Source of the DNA: a bacterium
GTDB taxonomy: Bacteria; Zhuqueibacterota; Zhuqueibacteria; Oceanimicrobiales; Oceanimicrobiaceae
DNA: 64,000 nucleotides
Direction of reading: 5' to 3'
Assembly (NCBI GenBank): GCA_046757025.1
Contig: JBHHXN010000008.1
Span: forward strand, 9,227 to 73,226
In this document: positions 49,201-58,236 of the stretch, piece by piece
Numbering within the stretch: the first letter of the stretch is position 1
Layout of the letters: each line of letters begins with the position of its first letter
Program-made: the position numbers and the translations under genes
The notes under the pieces: model-generated
Database searches by the model: none
Seen by the model: only the letters and a program-made list of their open reading frames with translations
What the model was told of the DNA's origin: nothing

Positions 49201-49445
49201 TGGAGTTAGATAATCTCTGTGAAATCAGTCAATTGGACTTTGATCCGGACAAGGAATGCGTGGTGAAATTGGAGCTGACTTCGACGCAGGAGGGACATAC
49301 AAATTACCTCTTTCGAATTCCAAAAGACAAAAGAGTGGACGTTAACTCAGTTGAAGCTAACATCCGATCCCAGCTTTCGAAGGACAAGAAAATCAACCTG
49401 ACAGTTTTGACCAAACTCTTGAAAGAACAGTTCACAAATGAATAA
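46224..49445 (+). CDS. sspC: Large P-loop ATPase, SspC-like
   Basis: SINIIRD, Walker A GSYGTGKS, Walker B IDEFGKFLE and QNERSLFTFL; overlaps both neighbours. Confidence 0.8.
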   Translation: MKTNFSPSINIIRDIDKDFNYIPTPNAHRIFKQIISDFKVGIHSFNIIGSYGTGKSAFLLAFEKTLNGDKTYFEPIDGQLNGLRNFRILNLVGKYDSILKTFADYLNVNQGVWSTDIIFDKLDAYYQEAQSKNVLLVIVIDEFGKFLEYAAVHNPEKELYFIQQLAEYAADKNIIFITTLHQSFGSYSQRLYRNQQQEWEKVKGRLKELTFNEPVEQLLFLAARQIESKNRFETNANIPELIEIVKASDAFPLQGDLSLELAKELFPLDIVSAAVLTLALQKYGQNERSLFTFLESNEYRGINDFDDRNSPFYNLSNVFDYLLHNYYSFLSTKYNPHYVQWSAIKKAIERVEGHFDKELRDALKLVKTIGLLNIFGKESARLNLDFLSAYARICLGVEDPKSVLNKLASKKIIRYVKFKNKFVLFEGTDLDIELAISEASNKIEPIGEIVSALRKYFAFPYISAKAVHYKYGTPRFFKFELSEQPIDKVPVGEVDGIINLIFSEKLSEQDIIEFSQKVEQAILFGFYRNTKSIKEILSEIEKIRYVINSIADDRVAFRELKNALSHQIEQLNAQVLNKLYSKDDDVMWFFNGAKIHIANRTEFNSWLSKICGQVYDATPVFQNELVNRHRLSSSITLARKNFFQALLNNWEIPDLGLPKDKFPAEKTIYFTLIKRTGIHQGKNGKYFLSYPQEESFRELWQKSQEFLNSAKVSRKSLSEFEEMLAAKPFKLKHGFIEFWLPLFLFIKKDDFALFGENGYIPFLTPEVIELIIKKPHKFQIKTFDVTGIKLDLFNKYRTLLQKHSENRFSNQSFIDTIRPFLTFYKELPQYTRKTKRLSKPAAALREAIENATDPEKTFFENFPRALGYANVDLREDDSLLEDFIVQLQNAIRELRGCFDSLVDRVEAHFLQELDCANLPFPEYKNEIEKRYRSLKRHLLLPHQKTFYVRLQSELEDRRAWINSLVHAVIGKTLDTLKDEEEEIVFDRLSQVLMELDNLCEISQLDFDPDKECVVKLELTSTQEGHTNYLFRIPKDKRVDVNSVEANIRSQLSKDKKINLTVLTKLLKEQFTNE

Positions 49446-50539
49446 AGTACGACACGTACTCGGCATTTCCGGCGGTAAGGACAGCACGGCTTTGGCTATT
49501 TATTTGCGAGACAAATATCCCGACCTGAACCTTGAGTATTACTTTTGCGATACGGGCAAAGAACTCGACGAAACCTATCAGCTTATCGACAATCTGGAGG
49601 CCTACCTCGGCAAACCCATAATCAGACTAAAAGCCGTGCCCGACAGCTCCGAAGCCCCCTTTGATCATTTCCTGACCATGTACGGAGGCTACCTGCCGTC
49701 GGCAGGTTCCAGATGGTGTACGCGGAAGCTCAAACTCGAGCCGTTTGAGCAGTGGGTCGGAGAAGACCCCGTAGTTTCGTATGTTGCGATTAGGGGGGAC
49801 GAACAGCGCGAAGCCTACATCTCCAGGAAATCGAACATTCAGTCCATTTTCCCGTTTCGGAAAAATATTTGGAGTGAAGATGTCATTTCCTTACTGCTTA
49901 AAAATGAGAATAGGCAACATTTAGCTGAGAATTATCGGCCTCACGTTCTAGAAGAAAAATGGCCGTTCCTGATAGAAATCGTCAATCGACCCTTGTCGCT
50001 CCAGTTCAGCCAGGCCCGCAAGCTGAACGCATTACTGGATTTCAACACCTCTGTTTTCAATCGGGTGGTATTCGACTTCTTGAAAAGCACCGACTACTCG
50101 CTGGCAACGGAGGAAGATTTTCCTCTCTTGGACAACGAAGACAACTTGGTAAAAGAGGACGTCTTCCGAATTTTGATAGAGAGCGGCGTAGGGCTGCCTA
50201 GTTACTACACCAAACTTGAGTTTGAAGTGGATGGCCAGAAAGGAATTTACCACCGCAGTCGCTCAGGATGCTTCTTTTGTTTTTTCCAACAAAAAATCGA
50301 ATGGGTTTGGCTTTACGAACAGCATCCGGGGTTGTTTGAGAAAGCCATTACCTACGATGAAGGGATTTTACCTGGAAACAAAATGAGCACTTATAGGAGT
50401 TGATCAAGCCGGGCCGATTAAAAGTGAATAAGGAAGAACACGTTTAACGGTTTGCAGTCAATCACAGTGAATTTAAGATAAGTTGCTGAATATTTTAACC
50501 GAAGATGATGAAGTAGGGTGTGCGGTATCTTTTATATAG
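49438..50539 (+). pseudogene. sspD: PAPS-reductase family SspD-like gene with a decayed 3' end (open frame 49438-50403)
   Basis: SGGKDS, RWCTRKLK and RSRSGCFFCFFQ. After about 50365 the tail continues in other frames: FTWKQNEHL*ELIKP..EEHV* and then LLNILTEDDEVGCAVSFI*. Confidence 0.7.
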
Positions 50540-50613
50540 AAACAAAAACAAACTATGGATAGTTTTAAGTTTACAATCATATTAGCATGGAATTTAACAA
50601 ACGAGGTGATATT

Positions 50614-50874
50614 TTGGTCACAAAGGAATTCTTGAAAACAGAAATTGACAAGATACCAGATGATTATTTAGAACTCTTATACCGAATTATGAAGGCGTTA
50701 GAGGTTCCCGCGAGGGTACCGACGGCAGATGATACTGTCAAATCCCGAAAGATTCCTGCAAATGGACCTTTCGATTGGCAGCAATTTATCGAAGAGACCT
50801 ATGGTTCCTTGGCAGATGCGCCCATACAACGAGGCGACCAGGGGAAATTTGAGAAGCGAGAGATAATGAAATGA
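50614..50874 (+). CDS. Putative antitoxin (VapB-like)
   Basis: GAGGTG RBS before TTG 50614; small protein with ATGA overlap to the PIN gene; TYGSLADAPIQR tail. Confidence 0.65.
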   Translation: MVTKEFLKTEIDKIPDDYLELLYRIMKALEVPARVPTADDTVKSRKIPANGPFDWQQFIEETYGSLADAPIQRGDQGKFEKREIMK

Positions 50875-51281
50875 GCTACTTGTTGGATACGAATACCTGC
50901 ATTCGTTATCTCAATGGAACTTCAAAAAGCGTACGCTTAAATTTGGAATCCAGACAACCGGAAGACATTATTCTTTGTTCTGTAGTAAAGGCTGAGCTCT
51001 TCTACGGTGCTATGAAAAGCGCCAAGCCCAGGAAAAATCTCCAACGGATAGAAAAGTTTTTTGAACCTTTTATCTCGCTGCCTTTTGATGATAGGGCATC
51101 GAAGGTTTATGGCAAAATTCGGTGCGATTTAGAAAAATCAGGGACTCCGATTGGGCCCAATGATTTGCTGATCGCTGCCATAGCTGTGGCAAACGAGGTG
51201 ATTTTGGTAACGCATAATGTCAAAGAATTTCGCAGAATCAGGGGGATGAGCCTGGAAGACTGGGAAGGCAAGAGTAGCTGA
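50871..51281 (+). CDS. vapC: VapC-family PIN toxin
   Basis: YLLDTNTCI, AELFYGA, PIGPNDLLIAAIA, LVTHNVKEF and LEDW. Confidence 0.92.
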   Translation: MSYLLDTNTCIRYLNGTSKSVRLNLESRQPEDIILCSVVKAELFYGAMKSAKPRKNLQRIEKFFEPFISLPFDDRASKVYGKIRCDLEKSGTPIGPNDLLIAAIAVANEVILVTHNVKEFRRIRGMSLEDWEGKSS

Positions 51282-51898
51282 CCAAGCCGGACTAATGAAC
51301 GTGTTTTGTTAAGAGCCTGTTAAATTTAAACGATATATAGGACGAGGACAATGAATTACAAATCGACAAGTTTTTCTAAGAAATTACACAATCTTCAGTG
51401 AAAATCGAATCACACAATGCTGGCAGTCGATGGTGCGTACAAGGGATGCGTCGTGACTGTGCACACCCATGCGTCATCTCATTGGAAGTGAGAGCGATCG
51501 ATTTCCCTTATGCAATTACCTGGTGCAACAACGAGGAGCGCTTCATCTCTGGCAAAATATGTGGCGCTCATTCTAATTATCACGGTTGCGTGATGAAACC
51601 AATGCATGCACTCCCACGCAATTTTACTATCCAGGTTCGTCTATAGATAGAGTAGTGCCGCGGCCAGGACAGCTCGCTTTGGGTTGATATCGATGACGTG
51701 CCGGAGTAGGTCACAGTCTACGAAACATTTAATTACCCCCATCTCTGGTTGAAAAAGTGCGAAGGAGTCCATGTTTAAAAGGGCCACTGGTGACGAAGGA
51801 TTTTGTCGCCAAAGCTAAACTGATCTTGTAACAAAAGTGATTGCTTACTACAACACTAACACCATTATAAAGAGAAAGGAAAATAGCTATCAACTCCG

Positions 51899-53017
51899 AT
51901 GAGGCTTCCTCAGTCAAACATTCTTCCTATTAAATATTTGTCTAGTATTTTTAATAATACGACCAATTCGTATAAATTTTACTGGTTTGTCGCAATCCTC
52001 GAATACATCAGCGCAAAAATCCAACCTGTAATTCCTTTACAAGAACTATCGGCTAGAATGATAGCGCGTGCTTGGTATCCAGTGAATTATTTTAACATTT
52101 CATTCGGCAAACAGGATAGACTAGCGATTATTGCTTTCAAGGTAAAAGCAGAAAATCAGCTTAATGAAAATGCCAAAGAACATGATGTTCTTGGTGAGGT
52201 TCTTAGAATATTAAATCATTCTAAAAACACCGAGATTTTGAAGGACTTGGACAGCTTGATACGTTATGTACCCTATCGTTTTTTACGTCCGTGGTTTACA
52301 AAAGAATTAAGAGGAATAGCAGATTACGAAATAAACCCCCAAATCGTTAAATTGGCTGAGCAAGGATTTGAGAATCAAAGTGAGCTATGTTTATATAAGT
52401 TCGTAGGGAAGGAGGAAAAAGCTATTGAAATTCAACGAAACTGGTTTGAATATCTTCAGAAGCATAATAAGATTTTGATGGACTTTTGCTCTTGGAATCT
52501 GCTGATCTATTTACAAAAAAATAATCCGAACGTTCCCAATATTGCTGAAAAACTTTTTGCACCAAAAAACCGAAAACTTAGAAATGCAAGAAGATTTTGG
52601 GATTTCGTTCTAAAAGAACAGGAAGCTTTTTATTGTATCTATTCACAAGTGCCTGTTGTTGTAAATGAATATAGTATTGATCATTTCATTCCATGGAAGT
52701 TTGTCACCCATGATCAACTTTGGAATTTGATTCCAGTCCCGAAATTCATAAACTTTGCCAAAAGTGATTTCCTACCATCTCTTGATCAATATTTTGGCCG
52801 ATTTGCTAGAGTTCATTATCAGGCTTTCCGACTTGCGTTCAAAAAAAATAAATTGAAAATTCTTGAAGATTATACAACGTTGTACCAAAGTGAGTTAACA
52901 ACTATTTATCAAATGCCAGAACATGAGTTTAAATATAGGCTGCGTTCTGCGGTTGCCCCTTTAGTTCAGATTGCTGAAAATATGGGTTTCGAATCAAATT
53001 GGATTTATAAAAAATAA
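51899..53017 (+). CDS. HNH endonuclease domain protein
   Basis: N-terminal TTNSYKFYWF; CIYS..SIDHFIPW...DQLWNL......N..KSD HNH-type motif. Confidence 0.8.
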   Translation: MRLPQSNILPIKYLSSIFNNTTNSYKFYWFVAILEYISAKIQPVIPLQELSARMIARAWYPVNYFNISFGKQDRLAIIAFKVKAENQLNENAKEHDVLGEVLRILNHSKNTEILKDLDSLIRYVPYRFLRPWFTKELRGIADYEINPQIVKLAEQGFENQSELCLYKFVGKEEKAIEIQRNWFEYLQKHNKILMDFCSWNLLIYLQKNNPNVPNIAEKLFAPKNRKLRNARRFWDFVLKEQEAFYCIYSQVPVVVNEYSIDHFIPWKFVTHDQLWNLIPVPKFINFAKSDFLPSLDQYFGRFARVHYQAFRLAFKKNKLKILEDYTTLYQSELTTIYQMPEHEFKYRLRSAVAPLVQIAENMGFESNWIYKK

Positions 53018-53826
53018 TGATTTTTCGCTCACCCCAAAATCCCAATTCTCATTTAACTATTAAAGAAAGAAAATGGCCTTCATATCCTACAAAACAATTA
53101 TTTTCAAGAAAATTGATAAAGGGAAAAGTATTGGATTTTGGGTGTGGACTGGGTGTCGATTATGAATTTTTAAGAAAAAATGAAGTAAATGTGGTTGGAT
53201 ATGATCCACATTACAAACCCGATTATCCAAAACAGAAATTTGATACTATCCTGTGTAATTATGTTTTAAATATCTTGCTTCCTGAGGAGCAAGCACATGT
53301 TCTTATGGCAGTGTCCGAATTACTCAACTCAGATGGTCGGGCTTATTATGCCGTACGAAGAGATGTCAAGCGGAGTGGTTTTCGATATAATTCAAAACAT
53401 AAATGTAAAACTTATCAATGTAATGTAATTTTACCATTCAAATCTATTATTCTAACCGAACATTGTGAAATATACGAATACCAACATATTAATCAACTCC
53501 CGGCGAGTAATAAGAGGAAAAGTTGTTCTCTTTGTCATCCATCTTCTCAGAATGAATTAATCACAGAATCTGCAACAGCGTATGCATTATTCGATGATTC
53601 ATCATTTTCAAATGGTCATGTAACTATCGTTCCAAAGAGACACGTTAGAGATTATTTCGAGCTTTCTTTTAAAGAACAATGTGCTTGTTGGTTAATGCTA
53701 AATCGAATAAAAGAATTGTTAAATGCAAGATTAAAACCAGTTGGAATACAGATTAGATTCTACTCAAATAATGGGTTGTCGAGTGCTTCGGAACACTTTT
53801 CCATTTTTGTCATACCCGAAATTTAA
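53017..53826 (+). CDS. Class I SAM methyltransferase fused to a degenerate HIT domain
   Basis: VLDFGCGLG, YDPHY, YVLN; then CSLC, ESATAYA and GHVTIVPKRHV, but HFSIFVIP in place of HxHxH; TAATG coupling to the HNH gene. Confidence 0.8.
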   Translation: MIFRSPQNPNSHLTIKERKWPSYPTKQLFSRKLIKGKVLDFGCGLGVDYEFLRKNEVNVVGYDPHYKPDYPKQKFDTILCNYVLNILLPEEQAHVLMAVSELLNSDGRAYYAVRRDVKRSGFRYNSKHKCKTYQCNVILPFKSIILTEHCEIYEYQHINQLPASNKRKSCSLCHPSSQNELITESATAYALFDDSSFSNGHVTIVPKRHVRDYFELSFKEQCACWLMLNRIKELLNARLKPVGIQIRFYSNNGLSSASEHFSIFVIPEI

Positions 53827-54076
53827 TGATTATATTATTTCGTCCAAGGATTTTTGGGACACCTCTCTCCCCAAACCCCTCCGGCATACAAAACGGCTCG
53901 GGCTGCGAACCGTCGATATCGGTGAAGCCGTAGTCCAGTCTCAGTTGGCCTGCTTTGAACACACCGCCGGTGCGCTGCATCAGATTGGCATCGGTGGCGA
54001 GGACGACCACAGCCCGGCCGACGAATCGGGGTGAGTGCGTTTCCAGCCGCTCTTTCTCAGGGGCTTCGGCTTCCAT
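53810..54076 (-). pseudogene. 3' fragment of a short-chain dehydrogenase (DHRS1-like)
   Basis: SPRFVGRAVVVLATD....TG and YGFTDIDGSQP; no Rossmann N-terminus. Confidence 0.65.
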
Positions 54077-54272
54077 GCGTTCCTTACGGGTGAATTGTCT
54101 GAGATCATTGACTGAGGTTGGCAGAAAATTAGCGGCACTTTAGATCAGTCTAATGCGATATTTCGAAGGAAAAATAGGATACTTTTTGAAATGTAAAATA
54201 AAATTTATTTACTTGATATTTATTATTATTTTACTTTTATTTATGTAAAGTATTTATTGGAGTAAAGTAAAA

Positions 54273-54524
54273 ATGGTTTACAAGGTTAAAATTTCATCAA
54301 AGGGTCAAATAAGTATTCCAACTGAAATAAGAAAAAATCTCTCAACAAATATTTTGGAAATGCATCTTGACAAGGATCAAATCATTCTCAAACCTTCCCA
54401 TTCCATTCTCTCCATTGGCGGTGCTTTGAAAAAATATGCTCAAAATAAAACGACAAAAAGGATAGACCAGGAAGATGAAACGGCCTGGAAAACGCATGTC
54501 CAAGAAAAATACAATCGTTCTTGA
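54273..54524 (+). CDS. AbrB/MazE/SpoVT family antitoxin
   Basis: KISSKGQISIPTEIRK and IILKP; overlaps the PIN gene; TTTACTT/AAGTAAA inverted motifs upstream. Confidence 0.88.
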   Translation: MVYKVKISSKGQISIPTEIRKNLSTNILEMHLDKDQIILKPSHSILSIGGALKKYAQNKTTKRIDQEDETAWKTHVQEKYNRS

Positions 54525-54915
54525 TACCAATGTGATTATTCGTTTTCTTGTCGGTGACGACCGTGTCCTCTACGAAAAGGCTGCTGCTATTTTCTCCGAT
54601 GTTGAAAAGGATCTGGTCAAAGCCGTCATTCTTGAATCGGTAATGGCTGAAACCGTTTTTGTCCTCGAAAAAGTTTACCAGGTCGAAAGAGTTCTCATCG
54701 CTGATTTGTTAATTAAATTATTAGATATAAAAGGTGTCAAAAACGCAAACAAGCAAATCTTGACTAATGCCCTTGAATACTATCGAAGAAGTAAGATAGA
54801 CATTGTTGATTGTTTAGTTTGCTCTTATGGTATTATAAATGATATTGAAATCATGAGTTTTGACAAAGATTTGAAATCTTGTAGAAAGCTCTTGAAGCAA
54901 CTGAAAAATACTTAA
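54496..54915 (+). CDS. PIN-domain toxin
   Basis: LDTNVIIRFL, MAETVFVL, DIVDCLV and SFDKDL. Confidence 0.88.
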   Translation: MSKKNTIVLDTNVIIRFLVGDDRVLYEKAAAIFSDVEKDLVKAVILESVMAETVFVLEKVYQVERVLIADLLIKLLDIKGVKNANKQILTNALEYYRRSKIDIVDCLVCSYGIINDIEIMSFDKDLKSCRKLLKQLKNT

Positions 54916-54927
54916 CTCTAATAGTCC

Positions 54928-55068
54928 TCACTCCCCAAATCTCGCCGGCATACAAAACGGCATCGGCTGCGAACCGTCGATGTCGGTGAAGCCGTAGTCC
55001 CGATCCAGTTGCCGGGCTTTGAACATCCCGCCGGTCACCACCGCAATTTTATCTTTCAGTTTGTGCAT
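54928..55068 (-). pseudogene. Internally deleted SDR gene (46-codon in-frame N/C-terminal fusion)
   Basis: GAGGTG RBS; MHKLKDKIAVVTGG joined directly to MFKARQLDRDYGFTDIDGSQPMPFCMPARFGE*. Confidence 0.75.
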
Positions 55069-55254
55069 AATTCACCTCATAAAATTTATTTAACGTGTGT
55101 TCAATTTTTATAATTTAAAATTATTTCACTTAAACGCTTTAAAAAAATGAAATCTTCCCTGCTGTGGCATGGCCGTTCATTTCCTGGTAATTCGCCATTG
55201 GCATAATCGCCCACTTGCTTTATAGCGACGTCTTTCTGCTCCTTCAAAATTCGC

Positions 55255-55283
55255 TTGACAAGTCGTGTTGGGTTGACTACATT
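55255..55283 (+). promoter_or_regulatory. Putative sigma70 promoter
   Basis: TTGACA, 17 bp, TACATT upstream of the dehalogenase-like gene. Confidence 0.5.
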
Positions 55284-55420
55284 TCAGGCAAAATTGACTG
55301 AGGCTGTAAGTTATTGCACAGGTAAATTGGTTAATCAAAAAGTAATTGCCTATTCAGCCAGAACCGGGCCTTTCATCATGTTGGGAAAATTTATTTAATA
55401 ACGAGGCAGCGTAGATTCCC

Positions 55421-56659
55421 ATGCAGGTTAATTCGTTAAAGTTGACATCAAAAAACAAGATTAAAATTTCTCAGAACCGTGAATTTCAAAAGCCTATCGA
55501 TAAATTGACCGGTTTTGAAGTGACCGACCATTTTCAGCGCTTCGACCAGATGAACGATATGTTCAACCGTTCGGTCTGGGATGCCCGCATTTGCTCTGAA
55601 AAAGTCAAAGCCTTTTTTGAGTCGTTTACCACGCAATTGTGCAACTTTCGCCAGATAGCGGGTTTTACCCAAAAAGATTACGCCCTGCGTAACGCTTCCT
55701 GGCTGCTGGCGGACTACCTGGCGGAGTTAAAGGAAGAAACCGAAGATCGTCGGGAGGGATTTCTGGATCACTATACGATTCCGATTGCCGGTACGAACCG
55801 CAAAAGAGACATCCCCTCGCCGGCTGAAATGAGTCGCGAGATCAAGCACGTAGCGCGACTCTTCGGAGCGGACCTGACGGGCATTTGTGAATTTGATGCA
55901 AGGTGGGTGTACCGCCGTCGTTACAGTCGCAGAAAAAAACAGCCAAAGGAGATGGATTTACCCGAAAATTTGACACGGGTGATCGTACTGGCTTTTGAAA
56001 TGGATTACGAGCTCATGCGCACCAATCCCTCTGCCCTGAGCGGAGCCGCCACCGGTCTGCGATATTCGCGCGATATCGGGACGCTTCTGTTGCTGGCACA
56101 ATACATCCGAAATCTGGGTTACCAGGCGGTCGCCAGTGTGAACGACACCGCGCTGGACATTCCGCTGGCCATTCAGGCCGGTCTGGGCGAATACGGTCGG
56201 CTCGGTTTGCTGATCACGCGGGAATTCGGGCCGCGGGTTCGGCTGGGTAAAATATTCACCGATTTGCCATTGGCGCTCGATACGCCGATCAAATTCGGTG
56301 TGCGGGAATTTTGCGCCGTTTGCCGTCAGTGCGTGCGCGGCTGTCCCATGCGGGCGGTGCCGGAGGGCGCCCCCACTGCAGAAGGTCCCAACCGTTCCAA
56401 CATTCGCGGAGTGAAAAAATGGCACATCGACGCGGAAAAATGTTTCACCCTGTGGGTGAACCAGAACACCGAATGCTCCATCTGTATTCGTGTTTGTCCG
56501 TTTAACAAAGATTTTTCGAAATGGCACCTGCGATGGGGCCGGCGGCTGGCCGGGACCTTTTTGCGCAAGTGGCTGCTCAGGCTGGATCGCTTGCTGGGTT
56601 ACGGCCAACGTAAAACGCCCGTCTGGTGGTGGCAGCTCGGAAAAGAGAAAAGCAAGTAA
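55421..56659 (+). CDS. Reductive dehalogenase (RdhA)-like cobalamin/Fe-S protein without a TAT signal
   Basis: IKHVARLFGADLTGI, YIRNLGYQA, AGLGEYGR, GPRVRL, TDLPLALD, FCAVCRQCVRGCP and CSICIRVCPFNK. Confidence 0.82.
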   Translation: MQVNSLKLTSKNKIKISQNREFQKPIDKLTGFEVTDHFQRFDQMNDMFNRSVWDARICSEKVKAFFESFTTQLCNFRQIAGFTQKDYALRNASWLLADYLAELKEETEDRREGFLDHYTIPIAGTNRKRDIPSPAEMSREIKHVARLFGADLTGICEFDARWVYRRRYSRRKKQPKEMDLPENLTRVIVLAFEMDYELMRTNPSALSGAATGLRYSRDIGTLLLLAQYIRNLGYQAVASVNDTALDIPLAIQAGLGEYGRLGLLITREFGPRVRLGKIFTDLPLALDTPIKFGVREFCAVCRQCVRGCPMRAVPEGAPTAEGPNRSNIRGVKKWHIDAEKCFTLWVNQNTECSICIRVCPFNKDFSKWHLRWGRRLAGTFLRKWLLRLDRLLGYGQRKTPVWWWQLGKEKSK

Positions 56660-56743
56660 ATCAAAGTCAACCCGTTTAAAAAAGTTGTGACTAAAAACAG
56701 TTTGTTTTTGGCGACAAAACTTATTCGCTGTCAAGGAACAGAT

Positions 56744-58112
56744 ATGCAAGTGAAAGGAGCCAGAAATTAACCCACGCAGTCAATGGAGCTCAAAATTTGG
56801 ATTTGTCGTTTCAACCGCCGGTTCTGCGGTGGGTCTGGCAAATATCTGGGCTTTTCCCTACCGTACCGGCCAGAATGGCGGCGCGGCGTTTGTGGTGATC
56901 TACCTGCTGTGTATTTTTCTGATATGCATTCCATTTTTAATGGCAGAGCTGGCTTTGGGTCGCTACGGACAAAAAAATGTTGTGGGCGCCATTCGCCTCA
57001 TCCGTCCCCGCAGCGCCTGGCTGGGTCTGGGCTTTTTGAGTCTGTTCGCCAGCCTTTTTATTTTGAGTTTTTATTCGGTGGTGGCTGGCTGGGGCCTGGG
57101 TTATGTTTTTAAAACGCTCATCAACAATTCCACGCCGCTGCCCGAATTCGTCTCCAATCCCATACTGGTTATTCCGTTGTTCGCTTTGTTTTTGTTGTTC
57201 ACCGTGTTGGTGGTTTGTGGGGGCGTGCAAAGGGGCATCGAGCGCTGGTCAAAAGTACTGATGCCGCTGCTGCTCGTACTGCTGCTTGTGCTCATCGTGC
57301 GTAGCATTTCCCTGCCGGGGGCGGCCGCGGGTTTAGAGTTTTATCTCAAGCCGGATTTTTCTAAAATCACTCCCGCGGCGATCACCACCGCCATGGGGCA
57401 GGCGTTTTTTTCGCTCAGTCTGGGCATCGGGGGTATCCTGACTTACGGTTCGTATCTTTCCAAAAAAGAGAGCATCGTCCATTCCAGCGTGTACATCGCG
57501 CTGTTGGACACGATGATTGCGCTGCTGGCGGGTTTGATGATCTTTCCGGCGCTCTTTGCTTTTGGTCAGCAGCCCAACGAAGGCCCCACTTTGATTTTTA
57601 TGGTTTTGCCGGAAATCTTTAAACAACTGCCACTGGGAAACCTCATTGGCGCCGGCTTTTTCGTGATGATTGTCATCGCGGCTCTGACTTCCACCATCTC
57701 CATGCTGGAGATTTCGGTGGCTTATTTTGTGGACGAGAAAGACTGGCCGCGCAAGAAATTAGTCTGGCTGGTCGCTGCGCTGGTTTTGGTTTTGGGATTA
57801 CCTTCTGCGTTGTCTCAAGGAATGGTACCAGAGCTGAGCCAACTTTCTTTTTTTGGCGGCAAGAGTTATTTGGAATTGATGATTTTTCTGTGGTTTGACA
57901 TTTTTCCGCCGTTGGGCGCTTTGTTGTTCAGCCTATTTATCGGTTGGGTCTGGGGAATCGATAAGGCTGCCGAGGAGCTGCAGCAGGGCAGCCCTGCGTT
58001 TCGCGAAGGGTATTTGGGGCTTAAATTTCTCAATGCCAGAGCCTGGGGGTTTTTTATTCGATTTGTCTGTCCCCTGGCAATTGCGGCCGTCTGGTTTAAC
58101 GCGGTGTGTTAA
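56744..58112 (+). pseudogene. NSS-family sodium-dependent transporter with an N-terminal frameshift (or sequencing error)
   Basis: RBS and ATG 56744 are out of frame. Removing one A from 56753-56755 gives MQVKEPEINPRSQWSSKFGF..GSAVGLANIWAFPY, and the rest is intact. Confidence 0.7.
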
Positions 58113-58236
58113 AACTTCCATCCCTGGAAAATTGTGATTGTCTGAAATTCAACTGCGCGTGGTTGGAGAGTCACTTGAGTTTGTCAAAAACATTTGCTAT
58201 TTTATATCATTTGAACAAAATATTCAGGAGGGAAAC

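Larger units (their letters stand above)
53867..55035. repeat. 105-bp direct repeat pair (53867-53971 and 54931-55035)
   Basis: Ungapped alignment by hand gives 89/105 identity. Confidence 0.85.

Noticed and set aside
51398..51646. 82-aa ORF in the defence island
   Set aside because: No RBS or recognisable motif; it cannot be supported as a gene.
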